From Candidatus Pampinifervens sinense (GTDB lineage: Bacteria; Aquificota; Aquificia; Aquificales; Aquificaceae), in NCBI GenBank assembly GCA_037927135.1, contig JAXSPP010000004.1, positions 1-64,000 on the forward strand: 64,000 nucleotides of DNA. The letters are read 5' to 3'. The position numbers and the translations under genes are program-made. Below the pieces are notes generated by a model. It was not told where the DNA came from, ran no database searches, and saw only the letters and a program-made list of their open reading frames with translations. Positions 15,785-25,088 of the stretch are shown here, piece after piece (positions within the stretch are counted from its first letter, which is position 1; each line of letters opens with the position of its first letter).

Positions 15785-18232
15785 TTAACCCTTTAGCTCA
15801 TCCATAAGCCTTAGCCTCTCCCTCTCTATAGCCTCTCCTAGCTCCCTACCCTTTAGATGTTTAAACTTTTCCACATCTACCTTGATAAACCTTAGCCTCT
15901 CCATATATAGCCTTACCTTTTCCCTTTGGTATAGCATAAGGATAAGCAAGAAGGCTGTGGGCTTTCCCTTAAGGGTAAGGTAGATTTCAGAAGGCTTTTG
16001 TGCCTTTTGGAGTTGGCTTATGAGATTATGTAGGCTTTCTTTCATCAGTTTGTAGCTTTCTCTTACCCAAGAGGGTGCGCTAATATCTTTAAGAAGATCT
16101 TCCCCATTGGTATCTTTTAAAAGCAAAAGCAAAAATACCCAGCCATAGTCCAAGGCCTCCTGTGGAAACTCTATCTTGTGCCAGCTTACTATATCCTTTA
16201 GCTTTTCTAAAAGATTCTCCATATCTGGCTTAAATACAAAGCCTTCTATGATCTGTTCAAGGATGCCATACCTCTTGTAAAGCCTAAGTATTTCCAAAAG
16301 CCTCTCTTCTCTCAGAGCAAGCCTTAGCTCGTTGAGGATCCTACCCCTCGGTGCCTTCTTTAACAGCCCAAGGCTTACAGCCTTTTTGAGGAGCTTTTCT
16401 GTGCCTTTGGATAGCTTAAAGCCAAACCTTCCCGCAAACCTTAGGGCCCTCAAAATCCTAACCGGGTCCTCCACAAAGCTCATGGGATGTAAAACCCTTA
16501 TAATTCCATCCTTTAGGTCCCTCAGGCCTCCAAAGTAGTCAATAAGAGTGCCAAAATCCTCCGGGTTTAGAGAGAGGGCCATGGCGTTTATGGTAAAATC
16601 CCTTCTCAGAAGATCTTCTTTTAGAGTTGCCCACTCCACCACAGGGTAAGAGCCAGGATGTGGGTATGTTTCCCTCCTTGTTGTAGCAAACTCCAGCTTA
16701 TAGTCCTTATATTTCATGTGGGCCGTGCCAAACTCTTGAAAGGTGTGGCAATTCACTTGCCATTTTTCTCCAAGCTTGCAGGCAAGAGCTATTGCATCAC
16801 CTTCCACCACCAAGTCAAGGTCCCATATTCTTTTTCTCATAAGAAGGTCCCTTACTACACCACCCACCAAGTAAACCTTATAGCCCAGCCCTTTTGCTTC
16901 CTGTCCTATCTCCTCAAGAAGTCCTCTTATATCTTCTGGTATGCTTATCTTCTTTTCAATGGCTCTAAGGCCTTGTATATGCCTTCTGTAGGCATGCAAA
17001 AGGTCCATCCTTGTTATAACACCCACAACCCTATCCTTTTCCACCACGGGTATGAGCTTTTCCCCATACTTGGAAAGTATTTCCTCTGCCTTCCATATGA
17101 AGTCCTCCGGCTCCAAGGTATGAAATTCCTCCACCATAAAATCCTTTACCTTCCCCTTTATGCCGTGCCTCTGGGCCTTGAGAAGGCTTTTCTTATACAC
17201 AATGCCCACAAGCCTTCCTCTATCGTCTATGACCGGTGCCCCCGCATAGTTCCTTTGACTTAGCTCAAGAAGGGCAAGGTCAACGTCCATATCTTCATGG
17301 ATCAAAAAGGGTGGATAGCTCATTATCTCTTTTGCCTTCAGTGGGACCTTTTCGCCTTTTAAGAGGGCTTCAAGAAGGCCCTTTAGCCTTTCGGCTGGCA
17401 CTCCTTCAAACTTGCCAGCGCTTGCAAACTCATGCCCTCCACCTCCAAAGCTTTCAAGCACACCAGCTACATCAAATTCACCCCTTATGGACCTACCAAA
17501 AAGGTAGCTTTTGCCACCCGCTTCCACTATAACAAAAAAGGCAGAGGATTCTTTTATCTCCTTTAGTTCATAAAGCAAGCTCAAAATATCCGGTTTATAC
17601 TCTTCCATCCTAAGAACCACAAGGCTTATCTTCTTTCCATCCACATATAGGCTTTCCAAGCTTACCATATGCTTTGAAAGGATGTCTATCTCCTCCTTGC
17701 TTATACCACCGCTAAGGCTTTTTCTAAGGAGGCTAAGGTTTAGACCTCTTTCTAAAAGCCATGCGATGGCCCTAGCATCCCTGTAGGTGGTACCCTCGTA
17801 AGTGAGCATGCCCGTATCTTCGTATATGCCAAGGGCCAAAAGGGTTGCGGACAGAGGGTCTATTTCTACCCCTTTTTCTATAAGCTCTTCTACCACAAGG
17901 GTGGTGCAACTTCCCACACTATCCACCCTTCCCTTAAAGCCCTTTGGAGCCTTTGGATGGTGGTCGTATATGTATATGTCCCTTATCCTATCTTTAAAGC
18001 TCTTGAGGTATTCTTCATAGTCGTGGCTGTCTACCAAAATAAGGTCAAAGGTTTCAGGGAGCTCTTCCAGTATGCGGAATCGATCAGAGAAGGAGCTTAA
18101 AACCTCGCTGGCCCTTTTAGAAAGGTAAGAGGGCTTCAAAAGGTATGCATCTTCATAAAGAAGCATTATCCCGTAGGCACAAGATAGGGCATCAAGGTCT
18201 GCACCTTCCTCAAGTATGATAAGCTTTGGCAT
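15785..18232 (-). CDS. tRNA nucleotidyltransferase with N-terminal DHH-like and CBS domains (A-adding type)
   Basis: ADLDA, YDHH and GGGH (DHH); CBS pair; VGGVVRD, DLDLVV, DLLRRDFTINAMA and EDPVRILR; architecture matches the large A-adding enzyme of Aquifex. Confidence 0.88.
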   Translation of the reverse strand: MPKLIILEEGADLDALSCAYGIMLLYEDAYLLKPSYLSKRASEVLSSFSDRFRILEELPETFDLILVDSHDYEEYLKSFKDRIRDIYIYDHHPKAPKGFKGRVDSVGSCTTLVVEELIEKGVEIDPLSATLLALGIYEDTGMLTYEGTTYRDARAIAWLLERGLNLSLLRKSLSGGISKEEIDILSKHMVSLESLYVDGKKISLVVLRMEEYKPDILSLLYELKEIKESSAFFVIVEAGGKSYLFGRSIRGEFDVAGVLESFGGGGHEFASAGKFEGVPAERLKGLLEALLKGEKVPLKAKEIMSYPPFLIHEDMDVDLALLELSQRNYAGAPVIDDRGRLVGIVYKKSLLKAQRHGIKGKVKDFMVEEFHTLEPEDFIWKAEEILSKYGEKLIPVVEKDRVVGVITRMDLLHAYRRHIQGLRAIEKKISIPEDIRGLLEEIGQEAKGLGYKVYLVGGVVRDLLMRKRIWDLDLVVEGDAIALACKLGEKWQVNCHTFQEFGTAHMKYKDYKLEFATTRRETYPHPGSYPVVEWATLKEDLLRRDFTINAMALSLNPEDFGTLIDYFGGLRDLKDGIIRVLHPMSFVEDPVRILRALRFAGRFGFKLSKGTEKLLKKAVSLGLLKKAPRGRILNELRLALREERLLEILRLYKRYGILEQIIEGFVFKPDMENLLEKLKDIVSWHKIEFPQEALDYGWVFLLLLLKDTNGEDLLKDISAPSWVRESYKLMKESLHNLISQLQKAQKPSEIYLTLKGKPTAFLLILMLYQREKVRLYMERLRFIKVDVEKFKHLKGRELGEAIERERLRLMDELKG

Positions 18233-18249
18233 AAGGTTAAAATTATATT

Positions 18250-18522
18250 GTGGTAAAGCTTTTGCTTTTTTCCCTTTTTGGCCTTGCGTTGGGAGCGGGC
18301 TTTGTAGAGCTTACATACAGATTTATAAAAAGGGGCTTTTTGAACTTTTACTTTCTTAGCCTTCCATTAAAGCTCTCCCTTTGGGCCTTTAGCCTTTACC
18401 TTTCCTATACTTTAGGTAGCCTTCTCAGCTTTGTTTTGTGCCTTCTTGGCTTCCTTTTTGGCTTTTTTTCAATGCTTATACTCAGGGGGTATGTAAAGGA
18501 TGGAGGATCTGAGGGTGCTTGA
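18250..18522 (+). CDS. Small 3-TM membrane protein
   Basis: 90-aa hydrophobic ORF with GTG start, overlapping the next gene. Confidence 0.65.
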   Translation: MVKLLLFSLFGLALGAGFVELTYRFIKRGFLNFYFLSLPLKLSLWAFSLYLSYTLGSLLSFVLCLLGFLFGFFSMLILRGYVKDGGSEGA

Positions 18523-18874
18523 ACCACTTTTCAAAAACAGCCTCTTTCAGTTCTTCCTTTACATGGCACTCATCCAACTTCTTGCACAAGTTTTTTTGGA
18601 CAGAAGGATAGCCTTTTGGATAGCCTCCATCAGCACCACTCTCCTGTGGCTTAAGTATTTTGACCCACTTACACCCCTTAAGGCTTGGCTTCTCATCCTC
18701 TTTATCTTCAGCTTATACCTTGTTCCCAAGCTCCTTTTCCATTTTAACCTTTTCCTATATTTGAAAGGGAAGAAAAGATGTCCAGAGTGTTGTAGTGAGG
18801 TGCATTGGAGGGCTAGGGTATGTCCCTTCTGTGGCTTTAGGTTTAAAGGAGAGGAGGTCTGTAGGGAGGGTTGA
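18500..18874 (+). CDS. Membrane protein with C-terminal zinc ribbon
   Basis: Three hydrophobic segments followed by CPEC...CPFCG. Confidence 0.75.
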   Translation: MEDLRVLEPLFKNSLFQFFLYMALIQLLAQVFLDRRIAFWIASISTTLLWLKYFDPLTPLKAWLLILFIFSLYLVPKLLFHFNLFLYLKGKKRCPECCSEVHWRARVCPFCGFRFKGEEVCREG

Positions 18875-18917
18875 ACCTCTTCCTCCCTTGAAGTAAATTT
18901 ATAGGTGGAGGTTTGCC

Positions 18918-19400
18918 ATGATAGAAATGGTGGTGCATGGGGTTACCCTTGACCCCGTTTCTCAAATGCCTATAGTGATTTTGAGGGCAAAGGACAATGA
19001 GGAGATATTTTTGCCCATATGGATAGGTATCTTTGAGGCAGATAGTATAGTGCGCCAACTTCAAAAGATAGAACCACCAAGGCCTATGACCTATGAACTC
19101 ACAAAGAACATTATAGAGAGTATGGGGGCAAGGCTAGAAAAGGTGGTAATAACAGATTTGAGAGACAGCACCTACTATGCGGAGCTACATATACTTCATG
19201 GCAATAACTTGCTTATCATAGATTCTAGGCCCAGTGATGCTATAAACCTTGCCTTGAGGTTTGAGGTACCCGTCTTTGTTGAAGAGGAGGTCTTAGAAAA
19301 GTCAAAGGTGCCAAAGCCAGAGGAAGATGAGGAGAAGCAGAAGTTAAGAGAGTGGTTGGAAAACTTAAAGCCAGAAGACTTTGAAAAGGGGCTAAGTTGA
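18918..19400 (+). CDS. Bifunctional nuclease family protein (DUF151)
   Basis: LPIWIGIFEA, PRPMTY and IDSRPSDAINLALR motifs. Confidence 0.93.
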   Translation: MIEMVVHGVTLDPVSQMPIVILRAKDNEEIFLPIWIGIFEADSIVRQLQKIEPPRPMTYELTKNIIESMGARLEKVVITDLRDSTYYAELHILHGNNLLIIDSRPSDAINLALRFEVPVFVEEEVLEKSKVPKPEEDEEKQKLREWLENLKPEDFEKGLS

Positions 19401-19820
19401 TACTACCTTTTTTAGGCATTCCCACATGAGCTCTTTAGGTGGGCTTCCCACATCTATAATGGGCTCAACGGCCAAAAGACCCTTCTTGTCTAAAGACTCA
19501 TACAGTAGCCTGTATACCTGCTCAAGGCCTTCTTGAAAGCTATAGCCTTCTTTAAAGATATAAAGCTCTAAGTCCTCTCTAAAACCAGCCAGATTGTAAT
19601 CCTCTGGCCTTTCAATAGGCTCGTCCACACCTACCGCATAGGCTTTTCCATAAGTCAAAACAAGTTTAAAAGGAGCGTATTCTGAGGCATAACATTCCAT
19701 ATCTACAGGGCTGAGCCTCTCCTCTGAAGGCAGTGCTACCACATAAACGGCCGACCTTCTTTCCTGCCTTCCATCCTCATAATGGGCCAAAATCTCTATG
19801 TAATACACCCAAGACCTCAT
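19392..19820 (-). CDS. Hypothetical protein
   Basis: 142-aa ORF coupled to the upstream protease gene by an ATGA overlap. Confidence 0.75.
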   Translation of the reverse strand: MRSWVYYIEILAHYEDGRQERRSAVYVVALPSEERLSPVDMECYASEYAPFKLVLTYGKAYAVGVDEPIERPEDYNLAGFREDLELYIFKEGYSFQEGLEQVYRLLYESLDKKGLLAVEPIIDVGSPPKELMWECLKKVVST

Positions 19821-20461
19821 ATCCTACCTAAAAGATAGTTCCATAGGAACAGGATGGGTGGAAATATGATCTTTCCTAGAACACCAGTAAAGATCAAAAC
19901 TGTTATTATAAGGAAGCCATAGGTTTCAAACCTATAAAAGAGCTCCCAATACTTTACAGAGAAAAGGCTCATAAGGGCTCTGCTTCCGTCTAAGGGTGGT
20001 ATAGGTATGGCGTTGAAAAAGGCAAGAACTAGGTTTATGAGCACCGCCTTAGCGGAAAAGAGGGCAAGGGGCACAATAATCGCATTTCCAAGAAAGTTAA
20101 GGTAGCCTTCTTTTATAAGCCTAAAGAGTATAGCAAAGAATAGGGCAAGAAAGATGTTCATAAGGATACCTGCGATGGAGACAAAGAAGGTGCCATACCT
20201 TAAGTTTCTAAACTTCAGAGGGTTTATAGGCACAGGTTTTGCCCATCCGAAAAGAATAGGAAAAGAAAGTAGCATTAAAAGGGTTGGAAGGATTATGGTG
20301 CCAAAGAGGTCTATGTGGGGTATGGGGTTCAGCGTTAGCCTTCCTGCTTCCTTTGCCGTTGGGTCTCCCATTTTGTAGGCCATCCATCCATGGGCATACT
20401 CATGAAGTATTACAGCCATCATTATGGCTGGTATGGCCACTATGACCTCTTGGACATCCAT
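19817..20461 (-). CDS. Site-2 (M50) intramembrane metalloprotease
   Basis: HEYAH, GRLTLNP, GWAKPVP and FNAIPIPPLDG motifs. Confidence 0.93.
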   Translation of the reverse strand: MDVQEVIVAIPAIMMAVILHEYAHGWMAYKMGDPTAKEAGRLTLNPIPHIDLFGTIILPTLLMLLSFPILFGWAKPVPINPLKFRNLRYGTFFVSIAGILMNIFLALFFAILFRLIKEGYLNFLGNAIIVPLALFSAKAVLINLVLAFFNAIPIPPLDGSRALMSLFSVKYWELFYRFETYGFLIITVLIFTGVLGKIIFPPILFLWNYLLGRI

Positions 20462-22167
20462 CAGTACTTCCTCTCGGCGGGTTGATGATACTTTATATCC
20501 ACATCGGCGTATTCTATTATTAGCTTATCACCTTCCTGCCTAAGAATGGTATGCTTTAAAAAGTTTTCATCGTCCCTGTCTGGATAATCTTCCCTGTAGT
20601 GGCTTCCCCTTGATTCCCTTCTGTGCAGGGCACAGTAAGCTACAGCCCTTGCAAGATGTAGCATGTTCCTGAGCTCTATAGTTTCCACCAGGTTTGTGTT
20701 AAATATCTTGCTTTTGTCCACCACAGGCACCCTTTCCCATCTTTCAATGAGCTCAGAAAGCTCCTCGTATGCCGACTTTAGAGACTTCTCATCTCTAAAT
20801 ATACCCACCTTTTCCCAAGTTATCTCTCCCATCCTTCTTCTCAAGTCCGCCAACCTTTCCTTTCCCTCTCTTCTCATCAGCCCTTCTATAAACTCTTGAC
20901 CCTTTTTCTCTTCTCCTGGTGTTATGTCCAAAAAATCCACCTGCTTGGCATACTCCCTGGCCGATATACCGCAGAACTTGCCAAAGACAAGAAGTTCTAT
21001 GAGAGAATTACCACCTAACCTGTTGGCCCCATGCACACCCGTGCAAGCACACTCACCCACCGCATAAAGGCCTTCCATAGGCGTTGATGATGTCATGTAG
21101 TTTTCCACGTATATACCACCCATGCAATAGTGGGCCGTGGGCCTTATGGGAACAGGGTCATAAACTGGGTCCACACCTTCAAAGTCTATAGCAAGCTGGC
21201 GCACCTGCGGAAGCCTCTCCCTTATCCTCTCCTCTCCCAGATGCCTAAGATCCAAAAGCACATAGGCTGAAGTGCCCTCTCCAAACCCCCTTCCTTCCCT
21301 TATCTCATACTCTATGGCCCTTGATACCATGTCCCTGGGAGCAAGCTCCATCTTCTCTGGTGCATACCTTGCCATAAACCTCTCTCCCAGCTTATTTATA
21401 AGGTAGCCTCCCTCTCCTCTACAGGCCTCAGAGAGCAAAATGCCCGTCTTAGCAAGGCCAGTAGGATGAAACTGGATAAACTCCATATCCTTTAAAGGTA
21501 TGCCGTTCAAAAGGGCTACTGCCACACCATCACCTGTGTTGCCTATGGCGTTTGTACTCCTCTGCCAATATATACGGGCAAAGCCACCTGTAGCTAAAAC
21601 TACAGCCTTGGCTCTTAGCACAAGCACTTCACCGTTCCTTATGTCATAGACCACCACACCCTTTACCCTTTGGCCGTTGTGAAGAAGGTCCAAGAGAAAA
21701 AACTCGTTAAAGAAGTCTATGTTATCTCTTGCTAGGGCCTGTTCAAAAAGCGTATGTAAAAGCACATGGCCAGTTCTGTCTGCAGAGTAGACTGTCCTCG
21801 GAAAAGAGGCACCACCAAAGGGCCTTTGAGCTATCCTGCCATCCTCCATCCTTGAGAAGGGCACACCCCACCTATCAAGTTCGTAGACCACTTCGGGAGC
21901 ATGCCTGCACATAAAGTAAACAGCCTCCTGGTCTGCAAGAAAGTCAGCTCCCTTTATAGTATCAAAGGCATGAACTTCTGGGGTGTCCTGCGGTACTGCA
22001 TTGCCAAGGGCGGCGTTTAGCCCTCCTTGAGCTGCACCCGTGTGTGAACGCGTAGGATAAACTTTAGATACCACAGCCACCCTTATGGAAGGGTCCCTTG
22101 CGCATTCTATGGCAGTACGCAGCCCTGCACCGCCAGCACCCACAATAACCACATCATAACTTTTCAT
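20461..22167 (-). CDS. frdA: Fumarate reductase/succinate dehydrogenase flavoprotein subunit
   Basis: GAGGAG, RSHTGAAQGG (covalent-FAD His), QFHPT, SEACRGEGG, HYCMGG, HGANRLGGNSL and RESRGSH motifs. Confidence 0.92.
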   Translation of the reverse strand: MKSYDVVIVGAGGAGLRTAIECARDPSIRVAVVSKVYPTRSHTGAAQGGLNAALGNAVPQDTPEVHAFDTIKGADFLADQEAVYFMCRHAPEVVYELDRWGVPFSRMEDGRIAQRPFGGASFPRTVYSADRTGHVLLHTLFEQALARDNIDFFNEFFLLDLLHNGQRVKGVVVYDIRNGEVLVLRAKAVVLATGGFARIYWQRSTNAIGNTGDGVAVALLNGIPLKDMEFIQFHPTGLAKTGILLSEACRGEGGYLINKLGERFMARYAPEKMELAPRDMVSRAIEYEIREGRGFGEGTSAYVLLDLRHLGEERIRERLPQVRQLAIDFEGVDPVYDPVPIRPTAHYCMGGIYVENYMTSSTPMEGLYAVGECACTGVHGANRLGGNSLIELLVFGKFCGISAREYAKQVDFLDITPGEEKKGQEFIEGLMRREGKERLADLRRRMGEITWEKVGIFRDEKSLKSAYEELSELIERWERVPVVDKSKIFNTNLVETIELRNMLHLARAVAYCALHRRESRGSHYREDYPDRDDENFLKHTILRQEGDKLIIEYADVDIKYHQPAERKY

Positions 22168-22229
22168 GGCTTACAATTTTAACCTAAAAGGTACTATAAT
22201 ATAGCTAAAAAAGATCAAGGAGGTAAATC

Positions 22230-22931
22230 ATGGGAAAGATGATAAGCTTCAAAAGGAATGGGGTGGAGGTTTCAGGCTACCTTGCAGAACCAGAAGGAAA
22301 GGGCCCTATGATTATAGTCTTTCATGAGTGGTGGGGGCTTGTGGATCATATAAAGGATGTGTGTGAAAGGTTTGCCAAGGAAGGCTTTTACGCCTTTGGT
22401 ATAGATCTGTATAAAGGTAAAACAGCCAGCGATCCAGACACTGCTGGAAAGCTTATGCAAGACCTTTTCCAAAACAGGCTTTCTGAAGCTGAGGCCATGG
22501 TAAAGGCCTCCATTGAATACTTTAGAGAACAGGATATGGGCTATGTAGCAAGGGTGGGTGAGTTTATGCTTGGTGCTACCGGTTTTTGCTGCGGTGGAAC
22601 ATGCACTTGGTACTTTGGATCCAAGTTTTCAGAGGACTTTAAGGCCTTGGTGCCCTATTATGGCCTCTACAGCATAGTTCCCATTGACTTTTCAAAGATT
22701 AAGGCCCCCGTGCTTGCAATCCATGCAGGACAAGATGCCTTCATCCCACTTTCAGAAGTGGTAAAGGCAATAGAAGAGTGCAACAAAAATAAAGTGTCAG
22801 CCCAATTTATCATATACTCTGGTGTAGATCACGCTTTCTTCAACGATACAAGGCCAGAGGTGTACCATGAGGAGTATGCCAACGATGTATGGGAGAAGAC
22901 TATAGCCTTCTTTAATAAGCACCTCAAATGA
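22230..22931 (+). CDS. Dienelactone hydrolase family protein
   Basis: HEWWGL, GFCCGG nucleophile elbow, YYG and HAFFNDTR motifs. Confidence 0.9.
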   Translation: MGKMISFKRNGVEVSGYLAEPEGKGPMIIVFHEWWGLVDHIKDVCERFAKEGFYAFGIDLYKGKTASDPDTAGKLMQDLFQNRLSEAEAMVKASIEYFREQDMGYVARVGEFMLGATGFCCGGTCTWYFGSKFSEDFKALVPYYGLYSIVPIDFSKIKAPVLAIHAGQDAFIPLSEVVKAIEECNKNKVSAQFIIYSGVDHAFFNDTRPEVYHEEYANDVWEKTIAFFNKHLK

Positions 22932-24940
22932 GCTGGAAGGATAGGCTAATACTCCTTGCAGTCTCTATTGTAGGTGCCTTTGCCTTTGGTGTACTTGCTT
23001 TATCCAGAGGAGAGTCCATTGGAGCCTTTTGGCTTTTGCTTGCCACCTTTTGCATATACTTTATAGGCTACAGGTATTACTCCTACTTTATAGCCTATAG
23101 GGTCTTTGAGGTAAACGACAACAACCCCACACCCGCCCACAAGTTTTACAACGGCCTTGACTATGTGCCTACAAATAAGTGGGTTCTTTTTGGACACCAC
23201 TTTGCTTCCATATCGGGAGCTGGTCCACTGGTGGGTCCTGTGCTTGCAGCCCAGATGGGCTATCTTCCCGGAACAATCTGGCTACTTGTGGGTGTGCTTT
23301 TGGCCGGTGCTGTCCAAGATATGGTGGTCCTTACCATATCCATGCGCAAGGGTGGCAAGAGCCTTGGACAGATAGCGAGGGAGGAGCTGGGAAGGGTTGG
23401 TGGTTTTATAACTCTTTTGGTAATATACAGCATTTTGATAATTCTTCTTGCCGTCCTTTCCTTGGTGGTAGTAAAGGCCTTGGCTCAAAGCCCCTGGGCC
23501 ACTTTTTCCGTGTTTATGACCATTCCCATAGCCATGATAATGGGAGTTTATATGTGGCACATAAGGCCTGGGGCTGTGCTCCATTCTTTTGTCTTTGGAG
23601 CCATAGCTCTTCTCATAAGCTTATACATTGGAAGGCTTGTAGCCCAGCATGAGGTCCTTGGAAAGGCCTTTAACCTGTCTGAGCCTGTCCTTGCCATAGC
23701 CCTCATGGTCTATGGTTTCTTTGCCTCCGTTCTGCCCGTGTGGCTCCTTTTGGCACCAAGGGATTACCTTAGCACCTTTTTAAAGCTTGGCACAATAGTC
23801 CTTATGGCCTTGGGAGTTCTCATAGTAAACCCAGAGATAAAAATGCCAGCTTTTACCCAGTATGCCTTCACTGGCATGGGGCCAGTATGGAAAGGAGACC
23901 TCTTTCCCTTCCTCTTTATAACCATAGCCTGTGGAGCTATCTCTGGCTTTCATGCCCTTATATCCTCTGGCACCTCTCCCAAACTCCTTGACAAAGAGAG
24001 CCACGTGAGGCTTGTAGGCTATGGTAGTATGCTTGGCGAATCCTTTGTGGCCATAATGGCCCTTATTGCCGCCATCTCTATGGAACCAGGCCTATACTTT
24101 GCCATAAACAGCCCAGCTTCTGAGATAGGAAGAACAGTGCAGGAGGCAGCTAGCAAAATATCAAGCTGGGGCTTTCATATAACACCAGAGTATCTAGAGG
24201 AGATAGCCAGAAAGATAGAGGAACCCACTATCCTTTCAAGGGTGGGAGGTGCCCCAGCCCTTGCCATAGGTATGGCCCTGATCTTTTCCAAGATAACGGG
24301 TGAAGCCCTTCTGGCCTTCTGGTACCACTTTGCCATCCTCTTTGAGGCAGTCTTTATCCTCACCACCATAGATACGGGAACCAGGGTAGGAAGGTATATA
24401 CTTCAGGACCTCCTCTCTAGCATATCACCGGTCTTTAAAGATTACAAGAACCTTTGGGTCAATGTGCTTACCAGCGGGATAACGGTGATGGCTTGGGGCT
24501 ACTTCTTATATGTGGGTGTGATTGACCCTTATGGGGGTGTAAAGACCCTTTGGCCCCTCTTTGGTATTGCAAACCAACTTCTTGCAGCCACAGCCCTTGT
24601 TATATCAACCGTATACCTTGCCAACAATGGAAAGATAAAATATCTGTGGATCACAGGCCTTCCCGCAACCTTTATGGTGATAAATACAGGAACGGCGGGC
24701 CTTGAAAAGGTCTTCCATCCCGATAAGGCCATAGGCTTTCTCTCCCATGCAAGATGGTTGGAAGAAGCCCTCCAAAAAGGAAATCTTCCACCCATAGCAC
24801 CCACTCCAGAGATAGCCCAAAGGCTTATATTCAACGATTATGTAAATGCCTTTATGGCCATGCTCTATGTTTCCCTTGTGGCCAGTGTGGTCCTTATAGC
24901 CATCTTCAAGATAGGCATGGCTTATAGGAAGAAGTGGTAA
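22928..24940 (+). CDS. cstA: Carbon starvation protein A family transporter
   Basis: GHHFASISGAGPLVGP, LLAPRDYLS, IACGAISGFH and LWPLFGIANQLL motifs. Confidence 0.95.
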   Translation: MSWKDRLILLAVSIVGAFAFGVLALSRGESIGAFWLLLATFCIYFIGYRYYSYFIAYRVFEVNDNNPTPAHKFYNGLDYVPTNKWVLFGHHFASISGAGPLVGPVLAAQMGYLPGTIWLLVGVLLAGAVQDMVVLTISMRKGGKSLGQIAREELGRVGGFITLLVIYSILIILLAVLSLVVVKALAQSPWATFSVFMTIPIAMIMGVYMWHIRPGAVLHSFVFGAIALLISLYIGRLVAQHEVLGKAFNLSEPVLAIALMVYGFFASVLPVWLLLAPRDYLSTFLKLGTIVLMALGVLIVNPEIKMPAFTQYAFTGMGPVWKGDLFPFLFITIACGAISGFHALISSGTSPKLLDKESHVRLVGYGSMLGESFVAIMALIAAISMEPGLYFAINSPASEIGRTVQEAASKISSWGFHITPEYLEEIARKIEEPTILSRVGGAPALAIGMALIFSKITGEALLAFWYHFAILFEAVFILTTIDTGTRVGRYILQDLLSSISPVFKDYKNLWVNVLTSGITVMAWGYFLYVGVIDPYGGVKTLWPLFGIANQLLAATALVISTVYLANNGKIKYLWITGLPATFMVINTGTAGLEKVFHPDKAIGFLSHARWLEEALQKGNLPPIAPTPEIAQRLIFNDYVNAFMAMLYVSLVASVVLIAIFKIGMAYRKKW

Positions 24941-24982
24941 AATTGTGAATTTTGTGGTATATTTTATTAGGACGGGTAATTA

Positions 24983-25072
24983 GGAGAGGTGGCCGAGTGG
25001 CCGAAGGCGGCTCCTTGCTAAGGAGTTGTAGGGTTTAAAGCCCTACCGCGGGTTCGAATCCCGCCCTCTCCG
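24983..25072 (+). tRNA. tRNA-Ser(GCT)
   Basis: GGAGAGG/CCTCTCC acceptor stem, TTGCTAA anticodon loop, long variable arm, TTCGAAT T-loop; no encoded CCA. Confidence 0.96.
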
Positions 25073-25088
25073 CATTGAAGAAAAGGTC

